In this document: positions 17,876-27,666 of the stretch, piece after piece
Numbering within the stretch: position 1 is the stretch's first letter
How the letters are laid out: every line of letters begins with the position of its first letter
From: an uncultured virus (IMG/VR IMGVR_UViG_3300045996_002278)
Lineage: Duplodnaviria > Heunggongvirae > Uroviricota > Caudoviricetes
DNA length: 64,000 nucleotides
Strand: one strand, 5' to 3'
Virus record (IMG/VR): IMGVR_UViG_3300045996_002278
The notes under the pieces: generated by a model
Databases searched by the model: none
The model's input: only the letters and a program-made list of their open reading frames with translations
Told to the model about the DNA's origin: nothing
Made by a program: the position numbers and the translations under genes

Positions 17876-18600
17876 CAGAACTCTTCCGGGGGATTCCCCG
17901 TCTGACTCTCTTCCCATGCGGATACCGCGACCGGTACGATGGGGTGGATCAGATCCAGCATGGCAAAGGCGTACTGTTGAATCTCGTACTGGGCGTGGGG
18001 GTCAACCCTAAGCCCCAAGAAATGAAACAGGTTCCGCAGGTTCAGGGTCGTGAACATGTGGGTGTAGGTGTTCACGGGCAGCACCATCCGGGCCAGCTCC
18101 CGGGGCCAACCGGTGCTTAGCAGCTGACGGTACAACCCGAACGCCGCCTCGCAATGGGTATTGATGTACTCCAGTTCCTTAGCCCTTTGCTCGGCCCACT
18201 CCCCCGGACTCTGGGTATTTCTTCCCTGCTTGTTAGTCGCGGACTGCATGCCCACGACCATGGGTGAGGGCAGGTAGAACTCCTCTGACAGGGCACGGTA
18301 GCGACCAGACAGCTCGTTGTACGACTGGGTCCGGTGCCGATGCCACTGGCGCACGACGAAGATCGGTGCCTTCACCTCAAACGTAAAGGTCACCGCCTCG
18401 AACGGGGTAAAGTGCTGGTGCTTGTACAGGTAGTGGATCAGCTTCTCATCCGCGTGCTCGTCCTCCCCTGCCCGCCAGGCCGCGGCGTACGATACCCGCG
18501 CGGCCCGGACGATGCTGAGGTCACTACCCATGTGGTCCACGAGACGGACATACCCATGGTCCAACACGGGCTTAAACGGGTCAGAACTCGGGCTGGTCAT
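17875..18600 (-). CDS. thyX: flavin-dependent thymidylate synthase
   Basis: RAARVSY, HFTPFE, RQWHRHRTQSYNELSGRY, ELARMVLP, HAQYEI. Confidence 0.95.
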   Translation of the reverse strand: MTSPSSDPFKPVLDHGYVRLVDHMGSDLSIVRAARVSYAAAWRAGEDEHADEKLIHYLYKHQHFTPFEAVTFTFEVKAPIFVVRQWHRHRTQSYNELSGRYRALSEEFYLPSPMVVGMQSATNKQGRNTQSPGEWAEQRAKELEYINTHCEAAFGLYRQLLSTGWPRELARMVLPVNTYTHMFTTLNLRNLFHFLGLRVDPHAQYEIQQYAFAMLDLIHPIVPVAVSAWEESQTGNPPEEF

Positions 18601-20107
18601 TGGTCACCGGGTTGTCGAGGGATTCCTTCTGCTCTCCCTCTGGTTCTGGGATGTACCACACCTTGACGCAGGCGCCCTTGATGTTGAACTGGTGGTGGCC
18701 GGCGCCCATCCGACGCAAGGCCTTGAACACCTGGTGCTCCTCCAACGCTCGGAAGTTGCGGCGCTTGAGGTAGGTGATCAGGTCCTTGGCCTGGAAGTAG
18801 ATCTTGTTTCCTTCCTGGTACGGCTTGCCTGTCAGGAGATCGTCCTTCGAATTAGAACGGGTCCGATAGCTCATGAAGTCGAGCACGTGGACCCGGAACT
18901 GCCCCTCGGTGGAGGCATCATCTGGCATCTCGATCTTGGACAGGTTCTGGAGCAGGTCCTTCAGCTTGTCGTCCCAATCCACCGGCTTGATCGCCGGCAG
19001 GACAATCTGTAGCTTCTCGAAGCAGGCCTTCTTAAACTTACTGAGCTGCATGACCTCATCGGTCGACAGCTCAACCGTCGTTCCGGCCACGTTCAGGAGC
19101 CAGGTGGGGTCCTCCTTCCCGACCATCACCATCTGGCTTACCTCGGGAAATTCCTGGAGGTTCTTCTGACGGCTGAAGAATCCAATCCCATAGATCTGCT
19201 TCTTACACGCCCCCTTCTGACAATGGGGCTTGATGGGCAGCTGCTCACAGGTATAGACGTACTCATGATTCTCGACGGAGGTGAGCAACCCCTGGACCTC
19301 GCTATCTGGCAGGGGTGGCTGCACGTGCTCCTGGTTGTAGCCCGCTGTCCGCTGCTTCCAGTCCTCAGGATGCTTCGCCCGGAAGAAGATCGCGACGTTC
19401 AGGAGTCCGTTGTTTCGGCCACCCTGCGCCCATCCTTCCTTGTGAATAGCTTGAAGACAAGGGGGTCCATCCTCAAAAGGACCAGCGAGACTGTCACGCC
19501 AGGCGACGAGCTGGGCAGAGGACCGCTTGGCAACTTGGGCATAGGCGACGAACTCCTCAAGGGTAGCCTTCTGCCCATTAATGACCGCGTATCGTTGGGT
19601 TTCATTCTCTCCGAAGTATGGGAGGTTAATCCAGGACCCCGGCATCTGATCCGTAAGGGTCGTCTGCTTCGGGAAGATCTCAATGGGGCGTCCATCGGGA
19701 TTGATCAGTCCCAACGCCTTCACAAACTTGTTCAGCTGGTCCACCAACCGCCGGGCCGGGATCGGCTCGTTCAAGAAGAGATACAGGTGTGCGCCACCTG
19801 ACCTCGAGCGGCAGACGACCAGGGGAATCTGACGCAGTTTGATCTGCGCCTCAAGGTCTGCATGGACTACACTGGGGTCATCCCAGTCGACCGCACCCCA
19901 CCAGCAGGTGTTGTCGACCATGATCGGAGCCAGCCCCAGGCCATAACCGTCCCCGCCCTGGAAGTGTCGCTCCCAGGCCTCCGGGGGCGCCTGACCTTTC
20001 AGGGTCTTGGCGTCCTTATCGTCTTTGGAAGGTCCAGTGACCTTGTACTGGCCGTAACAGTTTTCGCGTCCGCGAAAGAGCTGTTGAAAGGTATCGTGAA
20101 CCGACAT
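18581..20107 (-). CDS. archaeo-eukaryotic-type primase with PriCT-like domain
   Basis: GAVDWD, RSRSGGAHLYLF, EIFPKQ, INLPYF, GPPCL, GGRNNGL. Confidence 0.8.
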   Translation of the reverse strand: MSVHDTFQQLFRGRENCYGQYKVTGPSKDDKDAKTLKGQAPPEAWERHFQGGDGYGLGLAPIMVDNTCWWGAVDWDDPSVVHADLEAQIKLRQIPLVVCRSRSGGAHLYLFLNEPIPARRLVDQLNKFVKALGLINPDGRPIEIFPKQTTLTDQMPGSWINLPYFGENETQRYAVINGQKATLEEFVAYAQVAKRSSAQLVAWRDSLAGPFEDGPPCLQAIHKEGWAQGGRNNGLLNVAIFFRAKHPEDWKQRTAGYNQEHVQPPLPDSEVQGLLTSVENHEYVYTCEQLPIKPHCQKGACKKQIYGIGFFSRQKNLQEFPEVSQMVMVGKEDPTWLLNVAGTTVELSTDEVMQLSKFKKACFEKLQIVLPAIKPVDWDDKLKDLLQNLSKIEMPDDASTEGQFRVHVLDFMSYRTRSNSKDDLLTGKPYQEGNKIYFQAKDLITYLKRRNFRALEEHQVFKALRRMGAGHHQFNIKGACVKVWYIPEPEGEQKESLDNPVTNDQPEF

Positions 20108-20127
20108 AGCCCCTCATTAGAGTGAAG

Positions 20128-20152
20128 GCCCCGCCAGGAAACCCTGGCGGGG
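20128..20152 (-). terminator. GC-rich hairpin after the SSB-like gene
   Basis: CCCCGCCAGG-GTTT-CCTGGCGGGG with only a weak pyrimidine tail. Confidence 0.5.
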
Positions 20153-20176
20153 GACGGGTTTCTACCTATGTCGGAG

Positions 20177-21013
20177 TTAGAACTTCGGCTCGTCGTCCAC
20201 GATCTCGGCGTCCAGAATCTCCTCGGCGTTGCTGTACGACGGGGAGGGTTCCTCTGCCGCCTGGTAATCCAGGGTGACCTTCTGCTCGGAGCAGTCGCCG
20301 TAGAACTTCTTGGCGGCAACGTACACCGACGGATCGTTGATGTAGGTCACGGCTGAGCCATCGGCCGCGGAGAACTTCACGTTGTAGAAGGTGTGCTGAT
20401 CCTTCTTGGCCTCGACCGTGGTCATCTTCCAGATGGTCGCGAACCGTGGCGGGGTGAGGACACCCTTGCCATCAGGGGAGGGAACCCGGAGCTCGGACAG
20501 CTTGGTGTTGAACTCACGGGAGACCTTGAGCTTGGTGCTGGTGCAGCTGATCACGGCACCGGACCAGGACTTCTTGGTGGGACTGAAGAAGATCACGTAG
20601 TGGTTCTGGGTATCCACGACCTGCCAGGTCGGGTCCTCGGCGGCACGGGCATCGGCTTCCTGCCGAGTCTTGAACGTACCCTTGAATCCCTGGCCCTTCT
20701 TCCGATCCACCCAGACGTTGTACACCATCTCGTAGTAAACCGGGATGAAGAGGACGCCATCCTTACCCTCGAACAGCTCCTGGGTGACCGAGTTGAAGAT
20801 CATGCCTTCCTCGGCACCCGTGATGTACTTGTCGCTGCTCTTGATTCGCTGCGGCGACAGCGACTGCACCACGTTCAGGAACGGCGTGGCCATGTCCTGC
20901 TTGCTCAAATTCTCGAGCCCGAGATTGGCATCCTGAGCAAACATGGAGGCCAGCTCCGTGCCCGCCGGAAGGGTATTGCCCTTCTCGGTCGTCTGGAGTT
21001 GATTCTTTGCCAT
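20177..21013 (-). CDS. putative single-stranded DNA-binding protein
   Basis: GLENL...DMATPFL.VVQ.LSPQ pattern common in phage replication modules; acidic tail ending in Phe. Confidence 0.6.
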   Translation of the reverse strand: MAKNQLQTTEKGNTLPAGTELASMFAQDANLGLENLSKQDMATPFLNVVQSLSPQRIKSSDKYITGAEEGMIFNSVTQELFEGKDGVLFIPVYYEMVYNVWVDRKKGQGFKGTFKTRQEADARAAEDPTWQVVDTQNHYVIFFSPTKKSWSGAVISCTSTKLKVSREFNTKLSELRVPSPDGKGVLTPPRFATIWKMTTVEAKKDQHTFYNVKFSAADGSAVTYINDPSVYVAAKKFYGDCSEQKVTLDYQAAEEPSPSYSNAEEILDAEIVDDEPKF

Positions 21014-21018
21014 CTGCT

Positions 21019-21519
21019 TTACCGCTCCTTCTTGGGTGAAAGAATAACTGCCGCCGACTCGGTGTACTTCGTCACGTAGGGTGGGACGTCGGCTGCCCGC
21101 CCTTCGTCAATGCACTCGTTCACCCAGCCCCGCAGGGTCTGGAAATGAACGTCTTCCTTGACCATGGCCGACATGCCATGGGACTTCAGGAACTCGATCA
21201 GCCGCGGCTTATCCTCAGCCTTGCAGCTGGCGTAGGTCTCATTCTTCAGGTAGATCTTGGTGCCATCGGCCAGGGTGAAGGACCCCTTGCCATCGGCGGA
21301 GACCATATTGGCATCCCGCATCAGCGCCGGGACGGTCTCTTTCCGGAGCTTGTCATACTCGGCCTGCGCTGCCTTCAGCTCTTCCTTGAGCCGATCCACC
21401 ATCGTACGGGCAGTGATCAGGGTCATCCCGTACTGGGATAAGGTCTTCTTTTCCTGGGGTGTCGGTTCACGGACCATCGCGGCGGCATCAGCCGCCAGCA
21501 TCGCTGGGTCGAGCATCAC
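21019..21519 (-). CDS. conserved phage replication-module protein
   Basis: Coiled N-terminus; VKEDVHFQTLRGWV motif; adjacent to the SSB-like gene. Confidence 0.6.
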   Translation of the reverse strand: MMLDPAMLAADAAAMVREPTPQEKKTLSQYGMTLITARTMVDRLKEELKAAQAEYDKLRKETVPALMRDANMVSADGKGSFTLADGTKIYLKNETYASCKAEDKPRLIEFLKSHGMSAMVKEDVHFQTLRGWVNECIDEGRAADVPPYVTKYTESAAVILSPKKER

Positions 21520-21761
21520 TCGTTCTCCTTACGGTTAACCCGCACATACTCCACATCATCGTCGTTGATCTTGTCCGAGCACCACGTCACCTGGGCCTCA
21601 TCTTCATTCCACTGCAGCCAGATGCGTCGGGGTGGTTCTACCCTTCTACGAGCCGCGGCTTCTGCTGCAGCAATAGATCGCGCCGCCTGATCTGCCGCCT
21701 CACGGGCGGACACCGGATCGCTTACCATGGCCACCACCAGAACAACACGGCAAACGTCCAC
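21516..21761 (-). CDS. hypothetical protein
   Basis: PRRIWLQ...VTWCSDKINDDDVEYVR. Confidence 0.55.
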   Translation of the reverse strand: MDVCRVVLVVAMVSDPVSAREAADQAARSIAAAEAAARRRVEPPRRIWLQWNEDEAQVTWCSDKINDDDVEYVRVNRKENE

Positions 21762-21786
21762 CGTCGAACTTCTCCTCTATTGGGAT

Positions 21787-22182
21787 TCACCCTCTCGTTC
21801 TCCTTTCTAAAAGATTACGTCGGGATGTCCTATAGTACTGATTCGCTTTCGGAAGATGAAATCCGAGCTGCTCGTTTACTACCCGCACGGGCTTTCCATA
21901 CTCACCCTCGGCGTCGTAGCTGATGGAGATCATGGGCATGGAGTTCGGCTCGCTCTTCACCTTATGCGTTACCATGAGGACGCCATGTTTCACGTCAACC
22001 ACGGCATAGTCTACGTCTCTCACCAGCAACACTCCCGCCGCCCGAACCTCAATATGACCCGGACCTAGGGGAAGAACCTTCGGCTCCAGGAAACGGTACC
22101 AGCGCTCGAACTTCGGCACAAAGATACCGCCTGCTATTACGATGCTACCGGTCTTAAGGAACTGCCGGCGGCTCCACGTCAT
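21787..22182 (-). CDS. protein with twin-arginine (Tat) signal-like N-terminus
   Basis: MTWSRRQFLK followed by a hydrophobic stretch. Confidence 0.6.
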   Translation of the reverse strand: MTWSRRQFLKTGSIVIAGGIFVPKFERWYRFLEPKVLPLGPGHIEVRAAGVLLVRDVDYAVVDVKHGVLMVTHKVKSEPNSMPMISISYDAEGEYGKPVRVVNEQLGFHLPKANQYYRTSRRNLLERRTRG

Positions 22183-22311
22183 CGGGCATGAGCTCCTTAA
22201 TCTTCTTAAAGGCCTGGATCAGCTTCGGGAGATGCTCATCCACCGTTCTCCCTTGCTTCGTATGAAGCCAGGTGGCGAGAATCACCATCAACTGCTGGTC
22301 CGTAAAGAACG

Positions 22312-22650
22312 TCACGCCGCCAGGTCGACTTGAACTGGGAAGTACCGCATCTCTTTGCGGCCATCCCAGACCAGGAGCTTGTACCGACCCTTGTTCTTCT
22401 GGGCGGCGTATGCTGCAACCGCGGTCATGATGGCTGGGTCACCAGAGGCGATGATGAAGTCATCATCCTCAAAGCCGTAGTGATCCAGCTTGTTCTTCAG
22501 CTCTTGCACTACCGCAGGGCTGTTCAGGACAACCCGACGGCCGGCTGGGAAGAGGGCGATCAATTCACCGTAGTCCATGGCCGGGATAACGTCGTGCCTG
22601 GGGTTCTCCTGCGTGATAAACACGCGAGGCATACTTTGACTCCTGTTCAT
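22312..22650 (-). CDS. conserved phage hypothetical protein
   Basis: RVFITQE...A.DYGEL...DDFII.SGDP...LVWD...Y pattern. Confidence 0.65.
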   Translation of the reverse strand: MNRSQSMPRVFITQENPRHDVIPAMDYGELIALFPAGRRVVLNSPAVVQELKNKLDHYGFEDDDFIIASGDPAIMTAVAAYAAQKNKGRYKLLVWDGRKEMRYFPVQVDLAA

Positions 22651-22949
22651 GGGGCGAGCAACTGACGCAGCTGCCCAACCAACATCGGAGGCAATGCCCT
22701 AGGATTCCGGAGGACAGTCCGGACTCCCTCCTCCAACCTCTGGACCCGCTCGCGCTGATCCGGGTACGTGGGTTCCACGGGTGGCATCGCCACCAGATCC
22801 GCGAACTCCTTCTTCTCCCGCTGGAGCTTCTGGATTTCCTGGTCGCGGTTGTTCACCTCGGCCAGCAGACCAGTGATGTAGTTGGCGGCCTCCTTGTCAT
22901 CCGTCTTCTTCGCCACCGCCTGTGCCTTCTTGAACCATTCCGCGTTCAT
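22647..22949 (-). CDS. hypothetical coiled-coil protein
   Basis: 100-aa ORF with ATGA overlaps. Confidence 0.6.
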   Translation of the reverse strand: MNAEWFKKAQAVAKKTDDKEAANYITGLLAEVNNRDQEIQKLQREKKEFADLVAMPPVEPTYPDQRERVQRLEEGVRTVLRNPRALPPMLVGQLRQLLAP

Positions 22950-24883
22950 AACCAGTCCCGGATGTTGTCTTGGGTGATCAGGTCAGCGAGCTGTCGCTTC
23001 GACCTGAGGACGTGAACCAGTTTCTCGTCCAGGGTGTCCTTGGCAACCATGTCAAGGTACGTCACGTGCTCGGTCTGCCCGATCCGGTGCGCCCGGTCCT
23101 CTGACTGAAGGCGGGATTCGAGGCTGAACGAGTTGCTAAAGTAGATCACGGTCTTCGCCTGGGTCAGGGTCAGACCGAGCCCTCCCGTCTCCGTCTGGCC
23201 GACAAACCAGCGGACAGGGCTTTGAGGGTCTTGGAAAGACTGTCGAGCGACAATGCGAGCGTCATCAGAGACGCCGCCGTGGAACTCGACAACCGACTCG
23301 TTTCCGTAAGCCTTTCGGAGAGCCGCAGCAATGATCCGGATCTCGGGTCGGAAGCGTGCCCAGATGATTGCTTTCCCTGATATTTGGTCCAGGGTGTCGA
23401 GGAGCGTATCCAGCTTGGGATTGGGGCCTGGGATGGCCTGCGCCTCACCGGTGACCTTCCCTTCATCATCCATCTGTGGTAGAAAGCCGCCCACGATCTG
23501 CTGCAGCCGGAGCAACTGGGTCAGGGCGATGGTGACCGAGACCTTGTTCGTTTCGCTCAGCTCAGCGATCATGTTCTTCTTCATCTGGTCATAGAGCTTT
23601 CGCTGTTCTGGCGCCAGCTCGATGATCAGCTTCTGGTAGATCTTCTCGGGCAGGTCCAGGCACTCGGCCTTGGTCACCCGGTAGGAGTATGGTTGGATCA
23701 GGCTCGAGAGCTTGTCCAAGTTCTGGTAGCCGATGATCTCCTTCCCGTTCCATCCCCCAATAACAGCAAACTCGTTCCTGAATGCGTAGTAGCTTCCATA
23801 GCCGAGGATGGTGGGATCGAGAAACTTGAACTGGGGAAAAAGGTCCAAAGGCCCCTGCGTAACCGGTGTCCCAGACAGGATCAGACGTCGTCTGGCCAGC
23901 CGCCCAAGAGCGATCACGTTCTTGGTACGTTTGGCCTGCGGGTTCTTGATCCGGCTGGACTCGTCTACCACCATCAGGGTCTCGAACATCTTCAGGAACT
24001 CGAGCGCCGTCTTCGTACCCTTCTCGCTGGACAGGGCTTCGACGTTGATCACCAGCCATACCAGCTGTCCTTTCGGCACCTCCCGGATCTCGGCGAGGAT
24101 GCGTTCCGCCCGCGATGATTCATAATAGAAGGCGCGGGGCTTTACCATGTCCGGGGTATGGGTGGTAATCTCCTCCGTCACCCAGTTGGTCTTGACCGAG
24201 TTAGGGCAGACGACCAGGACACCGTTGATCTCCCCCTGGAGGTAGTTGTAGGACGCGACGTCCACGACCACCCGGGACTTCCCGGTTCCCTGCTCCATCA
24301 GGAGCGCAAAGGCCTTCGCGTGCCGAGCCAGGGAGAAGGCGTTTTCCTGGTGCTTGAACGGCTGGAACTTCCCACCATAGGGATAGTCGTAGACCGCGGG
24401 AATGCTCGCCTTGGTCTGTTCCTTTAATAGCCGGTCCTTGTCCAGGTTTGCGATCGCGCCTTCCGCCTCAGGCGTCCACTCAGCCTGGGGGAAATTCTTC
24501 TTCAGATACTCTACCACGGGCCGGGATAGGATCGTGACCCACGCACGGCGTGAGCCATCCCATACCCGGCGGTCTGGAATCCTCGAGCAGATCTCCTTGT
24601 TCTCCGTGGAGAAGGGTGTCTTGATTACCAGCTTATCGCTGGTCCCTGCCCTAGCCGCGGGTAGGAAGGAGATGACGTAGCCCGAGCTTTGGGGTGGACG
24701 AATGTCACCCATCGGCCATTGGTTCTTCCGCAGATGATCGTAATTTTCCTGGGTGTATGGTACGAGCCACGCGTAGTTCTTACTGTCGTAAGAGCGGCTG
24801 GGCATCGTACGCATAACCGCGAGTCGCTCCTGCGTTGGAGCGAACCGTAGCACGAGGGTATCCCCTCGCAAGTCGATTTGCAT
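22946..24883 (-). CDS. SNF2-family (SF2) helicase with two N-terminal HARP-like repeats
   Basis: MEQGTGKS, VDESSRIK, LSGTP, GLGLTLT, QSEDRAHRIGQ; repeats PSRSYDSKNYAW and PDRRVWDGSRRAW. Confidence 0.92.
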   Translation of the reverse strand: MQIDLRGDTLVLRFAPTQERLAVMRTMPSRSYDSKNYAWLVPYTQENYDHLRKNQWPMGDIRPPQSSGYVISFLPAARAGTSDKLVIKTPFSTENKEICSRIPDRRVWDGSRRAWVTILSRPVVEYLKKNFPQAEWTPEAEGAIANLDKDRLLKEQTKASIPAVYDYPYGGKFQPFKHQENAFSLARHAKAFALLMEQGTGKSRVVVDVASYNYLQGEINGVLVVCPNSVKTNWVTEEITTHTPDMVKPRAFYYESSRAERILAEIREVPKGQLVWLVINVEALSSEKGTKTALEFLKMFETLMVVDESSRIKNPQAKRTKNVIALGRLARRRLILSGTPVTQGPLDLFPQFKFLDPTILGYGSYYAFRNEFAVIGGWNGKEIIGYQNLDKLSSLIQPYSYRVTKAECLDLPEKIYQKLIIELAPEQRKLYDQMKKNMIAELSETNKVSVTIALTQLLRLQQIVGGFLPQMDDEGKVTGEAQAIPGPNPKLDTLLDTLDQISGKAIIWARFRPEIRIIAAALRKAYGNESVVEFHGGVSDDARIVARQSFQDPQSPVRWFVGQTETGGLGLTLTQAKTVIYFSNSFSLESRLQSEDRAHRIGQTEHVTYLDMVAKDTLDEKLVHVLRSKRQLADLITQDNIRDWL

Positions 24884-24924
24884 TCCTTCTCCGTTCTCAG
24901 GCCCTACGTTGAGGACGTCCCCAT

Positions 24925-24953
24925 ATCATAACACCCCTGGATTCCTTTGTAAA
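24925..24953 (-). promoter_or_regulatory. sigma70-like promoter of the replication operon
   Basis: TTTACA-17 nt-TATGAT with extended -10 TG. Confidence 0.65.
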
Positions 24954-24986
24954 CCCCCGGCGGCGAACAACTTACGGGGGCATCCC

Positions 24987-25136
24987 CTATACGGGAAAAT
25001 GAATGAGATTGAAAATGCCAAGCTAAACCTGGGAGGCGACTACAATCCCGAAGGGTAAGGGATAAAAAATATCCGCATCCTGGATATCGGCATTTATTTT
25101 GAGAACATTTATCTAATTTTTTGCTTTCCCGTATAG
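24987..25136. repeat. cis element, copy 1 (candidate origin or packaging-related site)
   Basis: 12-bp inverted repeats CTATACGGGAAA/TTTCCCGTATAG enclose CAATCCCGAAGGGTA and ATATCC-N7-GGATAT. Confidence 0.65.
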
Positions 25137-25757
25137 ATACCCACCAAGTATTCCGGCCGGCAGGGTCCACCAGGGAATCTCTAGACTTTTTAGCAACCAG
25201 CTCTTCTTCACCTGGTAGCGCTCCGGGCACACGTTGGGAGTAGACCTAGTTTCCAAGGTCTGAATTTCTGCCCACGTAGGAACCTGAGCCGTTACCCTAG
25301 CTGTGGGGTCACAGTCCACCTGGAAGCTGATCGGCATCGGATCTAGGGAAGCCTGCCAGCTCCAGTGGCTCGCGCCCGGGTGCAGCTCGACCTCCGCATC
25401 TACATGGAAGGGGGTTCGGTCCAGCCGTCCCCGAGCCCTCGGATACCCCTCTGAAGTGGGCTCCGCGGCTCCCTCGGTGACCGTAGAATCTCGAACGGTA
25501 TCCACGGCCACAACGGTCTTGATTACCGTCTTCGGCTTCTTCGACAGCTCACCCTCGAGGTCTTTGACCTTCTTCTGTACCACGGCCAGGCGGGTCCAGG
25601 TGGAGTCGTTGACCTTCTGCAGGGCGTCGTTCTCAGCCGTGGTCGAGTCGATGGTGATCTTCTGATCCACCACCTGTTTCTCGAGCCGGTAGATCTGCCA
25701 GGCAAGCCCGCTGATCAACAGTGCGACAGCGGCGATGAGAATGAGTTTCAGTCTCAC
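25113..25757 (-). CDS. putative spanin-like membrane protein
   Basis: N-terminal TM, coiled coil, C-terminal hydrophobic segment; last gene of the lysis cassette. Confidence 0.5.
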   Translation of the reverse strand: MRLKLILIAAVALLISGLAWQIYRLEKQVVDQKITIDSTTAENDALQKVNDSTWTRLAVVQKKVKDLEGELSKKPKTVIKTVVAVDTVRDSTVTEGAAEPTSEGYPRARGRLDRTPFHVDAEVELHPGASHWSWQASLDPMPISFQVDCDPTARVTAQVPTWAEIQTLETRSTPNVCPERYQVKKSWLLKSLEIPWWTLPAGILGGYLYGKAKN

Positions 25758-26038
25758 TTGTCCACTCCCAGCCAGCGCTCGATCCGCTCACTTACCACTT
25801 GGCCCGTGACCGATCCGGCGACGGTGGCGATCGTGTAAGGGATCATGAGGGTCCAGGTCATCCCCTGGTCAATGACAAGGTACTTCATCGTCATGAACCA
25901 CACCCCGTTGGAGAGGACGGAGGCGAAGACGTGGTAGCCCTTGTGGTTGCGGTTACGGCTGCGGCTGCTCAGGGTGAAGCTCAGGTTCTGACAGTAGGCC
26001 ATCACCATCATGAGCAGGATCGCGAGAACGGCGTGCAC
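25754..26038 (-). CDS. small multi-TM membrane protein (possible holin)
   Basis: Three hydrophobic segments; located in the lysis cassette. Confidence 0.55.
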   Translation of the reverse strand: MHAVLAILLMMVMAYCQNLSFTLSSRSRNRNHKGYHVFASVLSNGVWFMTMKYLVIDQGMTWTLMIPYTIATVAGSVTGQVVSERIERWLGVDK

Positions 26039-26050
26039 GGGATACTCCGG

Positions 26051-26326
26051 TTAGGGTTGGAAGATCTGGACGTATTCATCACCGGCACCGCGACCTACCT
26101 CCAGAAAGTAGGACCGACCGGGGTAGTGGAACCTGATCATTTCTTCCACCGTCTTTCCGATCTGCATGTCGTTCTTGTCCACAATGTCCACCGGCCAGAC
26201 CGCTGCCCGAACCTCGGCGTACAGGATGCTGGGGTCTTCCCCCTCCCCGATCTCGACGCCGACCAGAACCTCGAGGTTCTCGGTAGCGCAGAGGGTCACC
26301 CGGACATAGGCCTCACGCTTCTTCAT
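26051..26326 (-). CDS. hypothetical protein
   Basis: 91-aa ORF with ATGA overlap. Confidence 0.6.
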   Translation of the reverse strand: MKKREAYVRVTLCATENLEVLVGVEIGEGEDPSILYAEVRAAVWPVDIVDKNDMQIGKTVEEMIRFHYPGRSYFLEVGRGAGDEYVQIFQP

Positions 26327-27663
26327 CGCATCGGCTCGGCTGAGAAGTGGTCCACGTTGAAGGACAGGTGGTCGGTGAACCCGGCCCGGCGGTGCCAGAG
26401 GAACGCGTCGCAGGCGCGGCGGTCGGTGTAGCCGTGGTTGGTGTGCCAGTAGTCATGGGCCGAGAGGCTCGAGAGGATACGGACCCGGACACCCTTGTCG
26501 GAATCCAGCTCCCGCCACCTCATTGCCTTGGCCTTGTGCAGGTGACCGATGTGCCACTCCCGCTGGGGACAGCGTGCCCAGGCCTCGGGTTGTTCCCGGG
26601 CCATCAAGAGAGGAAGCTCCTCCATCCGCTCGTGAACCCCGTGGGTGAAACCCAGGAGGGTCACCCCGTACTCGTGATACTTCCGCAGCCGTGCCGAGTT
26701 GTAGACCGAGACGTGGGGATCGGTATGGAAGTAGGCCTCGAGGTGATCCCCTAAGTGGAAGGCGGTTTCCTCGTCGTGGTTGCCCGGGACCACGATGATC
26801 TTCACCGGGGCAACCTCCCTGAGGAGGGAAACCGCGCGGCGGTGGACCTTGCAGAGGGTCCGGAACACCCGGACGTAGCGGCTATCAAACGCCTCCATGG
26901 GCGTGCCGCCGGTGGTCTGGTGACTCTTCCCGTCCACGTGGCTGGCGTCGTTGCCGATCGGGAACAGGATCTCCTCGATCTGGTTGGCCGTGTTCCGGAG
27001 CGCCTTCTCGAGGAGGTAGTCCAGGCTCGCGTTGAAGAGACCCTCGGCGATGTCGACGTCGTAGTCCGTGACCGTCTCCTCGGCCCAGGCATACTTCCCC
27101 ATGTGGAGGTCGAAGGGGTCGTACTCGAAGCAGTACTGATCGGTCTGGCAGAGCTTGTAGCTCACGGGATTGATCGCTCGATCGTAGGCCCGGATGTCCT
27201 CGAGGCAGCCCTTGGCAATCGCCTGGGCGACCAGGACCTCTTCCTTGTGAGGCTTAAGACGGGCGGAGATCTGGAAGAGGGGCGCGATCAGGATCGCCCC
27301 GGTCACCGGGTGCTTGGCCCCGGTCTCGTACTTGTTCGCCTTCCATTCGACGACCTGCCAGACGTTGGCATCCACCTGGTAGTGCTCGAGGAGCTCCTCC
27401 AGGGTGATCACCCGCTCGGCCACCAGGGTCAGGGGATCAGTCTCGGTAGCGATCGGACGGTCTGGATCGGTGGTGTCGACGAGGGCCGTACGTTGGCGGC
27501 GCTTTAGCCACTCATACCGCTGACGGCAGGAGTTCCGGTTCCGGTCCTTGAAGGCCTTGGACACCTTCACCCAAAGATCTCTTGTACCTTCGCGTTCTAG
27601 GATGCTGTCATGCGTTCGGACCAAGAGCTGGTCCTCGGTTTCCGACCAGAACGAGCCAGGCAT
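26323..27663 (-). CDS. calcineurin-like metallophosphoesterase with N-terminal Myb/SANT-like domain
   Basis: DLHMG, GND, VPGNHD, THG, GHLH; N-terminal WSETEDQLL...W.KVS..F..R..NSCRQRY. Confidence 0.85.
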   Translation of the reverse strand: MPGSFWSETEDQLLVRTHDSILEREGTRDLWVKVSKAFKDRNRNSCRQRYEWLKRRQRTALVDTTDPDRPIATETDPLTLVAERVITLEELLEHYQVDANVWQVVEWKANKYETGAKHPVTGAILIAPLFQISARLKPHKEEVLVAQAIAKGCLEDIRAYDRAINPVSYKLCQTDQYCFEYDPFDLHMGKYAWAEETVTDYDVDIAEGLFNASLDYLLEKALRNTANQIEEILFPIGNDASHVDGKSHQTTGGTPMEAFDSRYVRVFRTLCKVHRRAVSLLREVAPVKIIVVPGNHDEETAFHLGDHLEAYFHTDPHVSVYNSARLRKYHEYGVTLLGFTHGVHERMEELPLLMAREQPEAWARCPQREWHIGHLHKAKAMRWRELDSDKGVRVRILSSLSAHDYWHTNHGYTDRRACDAFLWHRRAGFTDHLSFNVDHFSAEPMR

Positions 27664-27666
27664 AGC

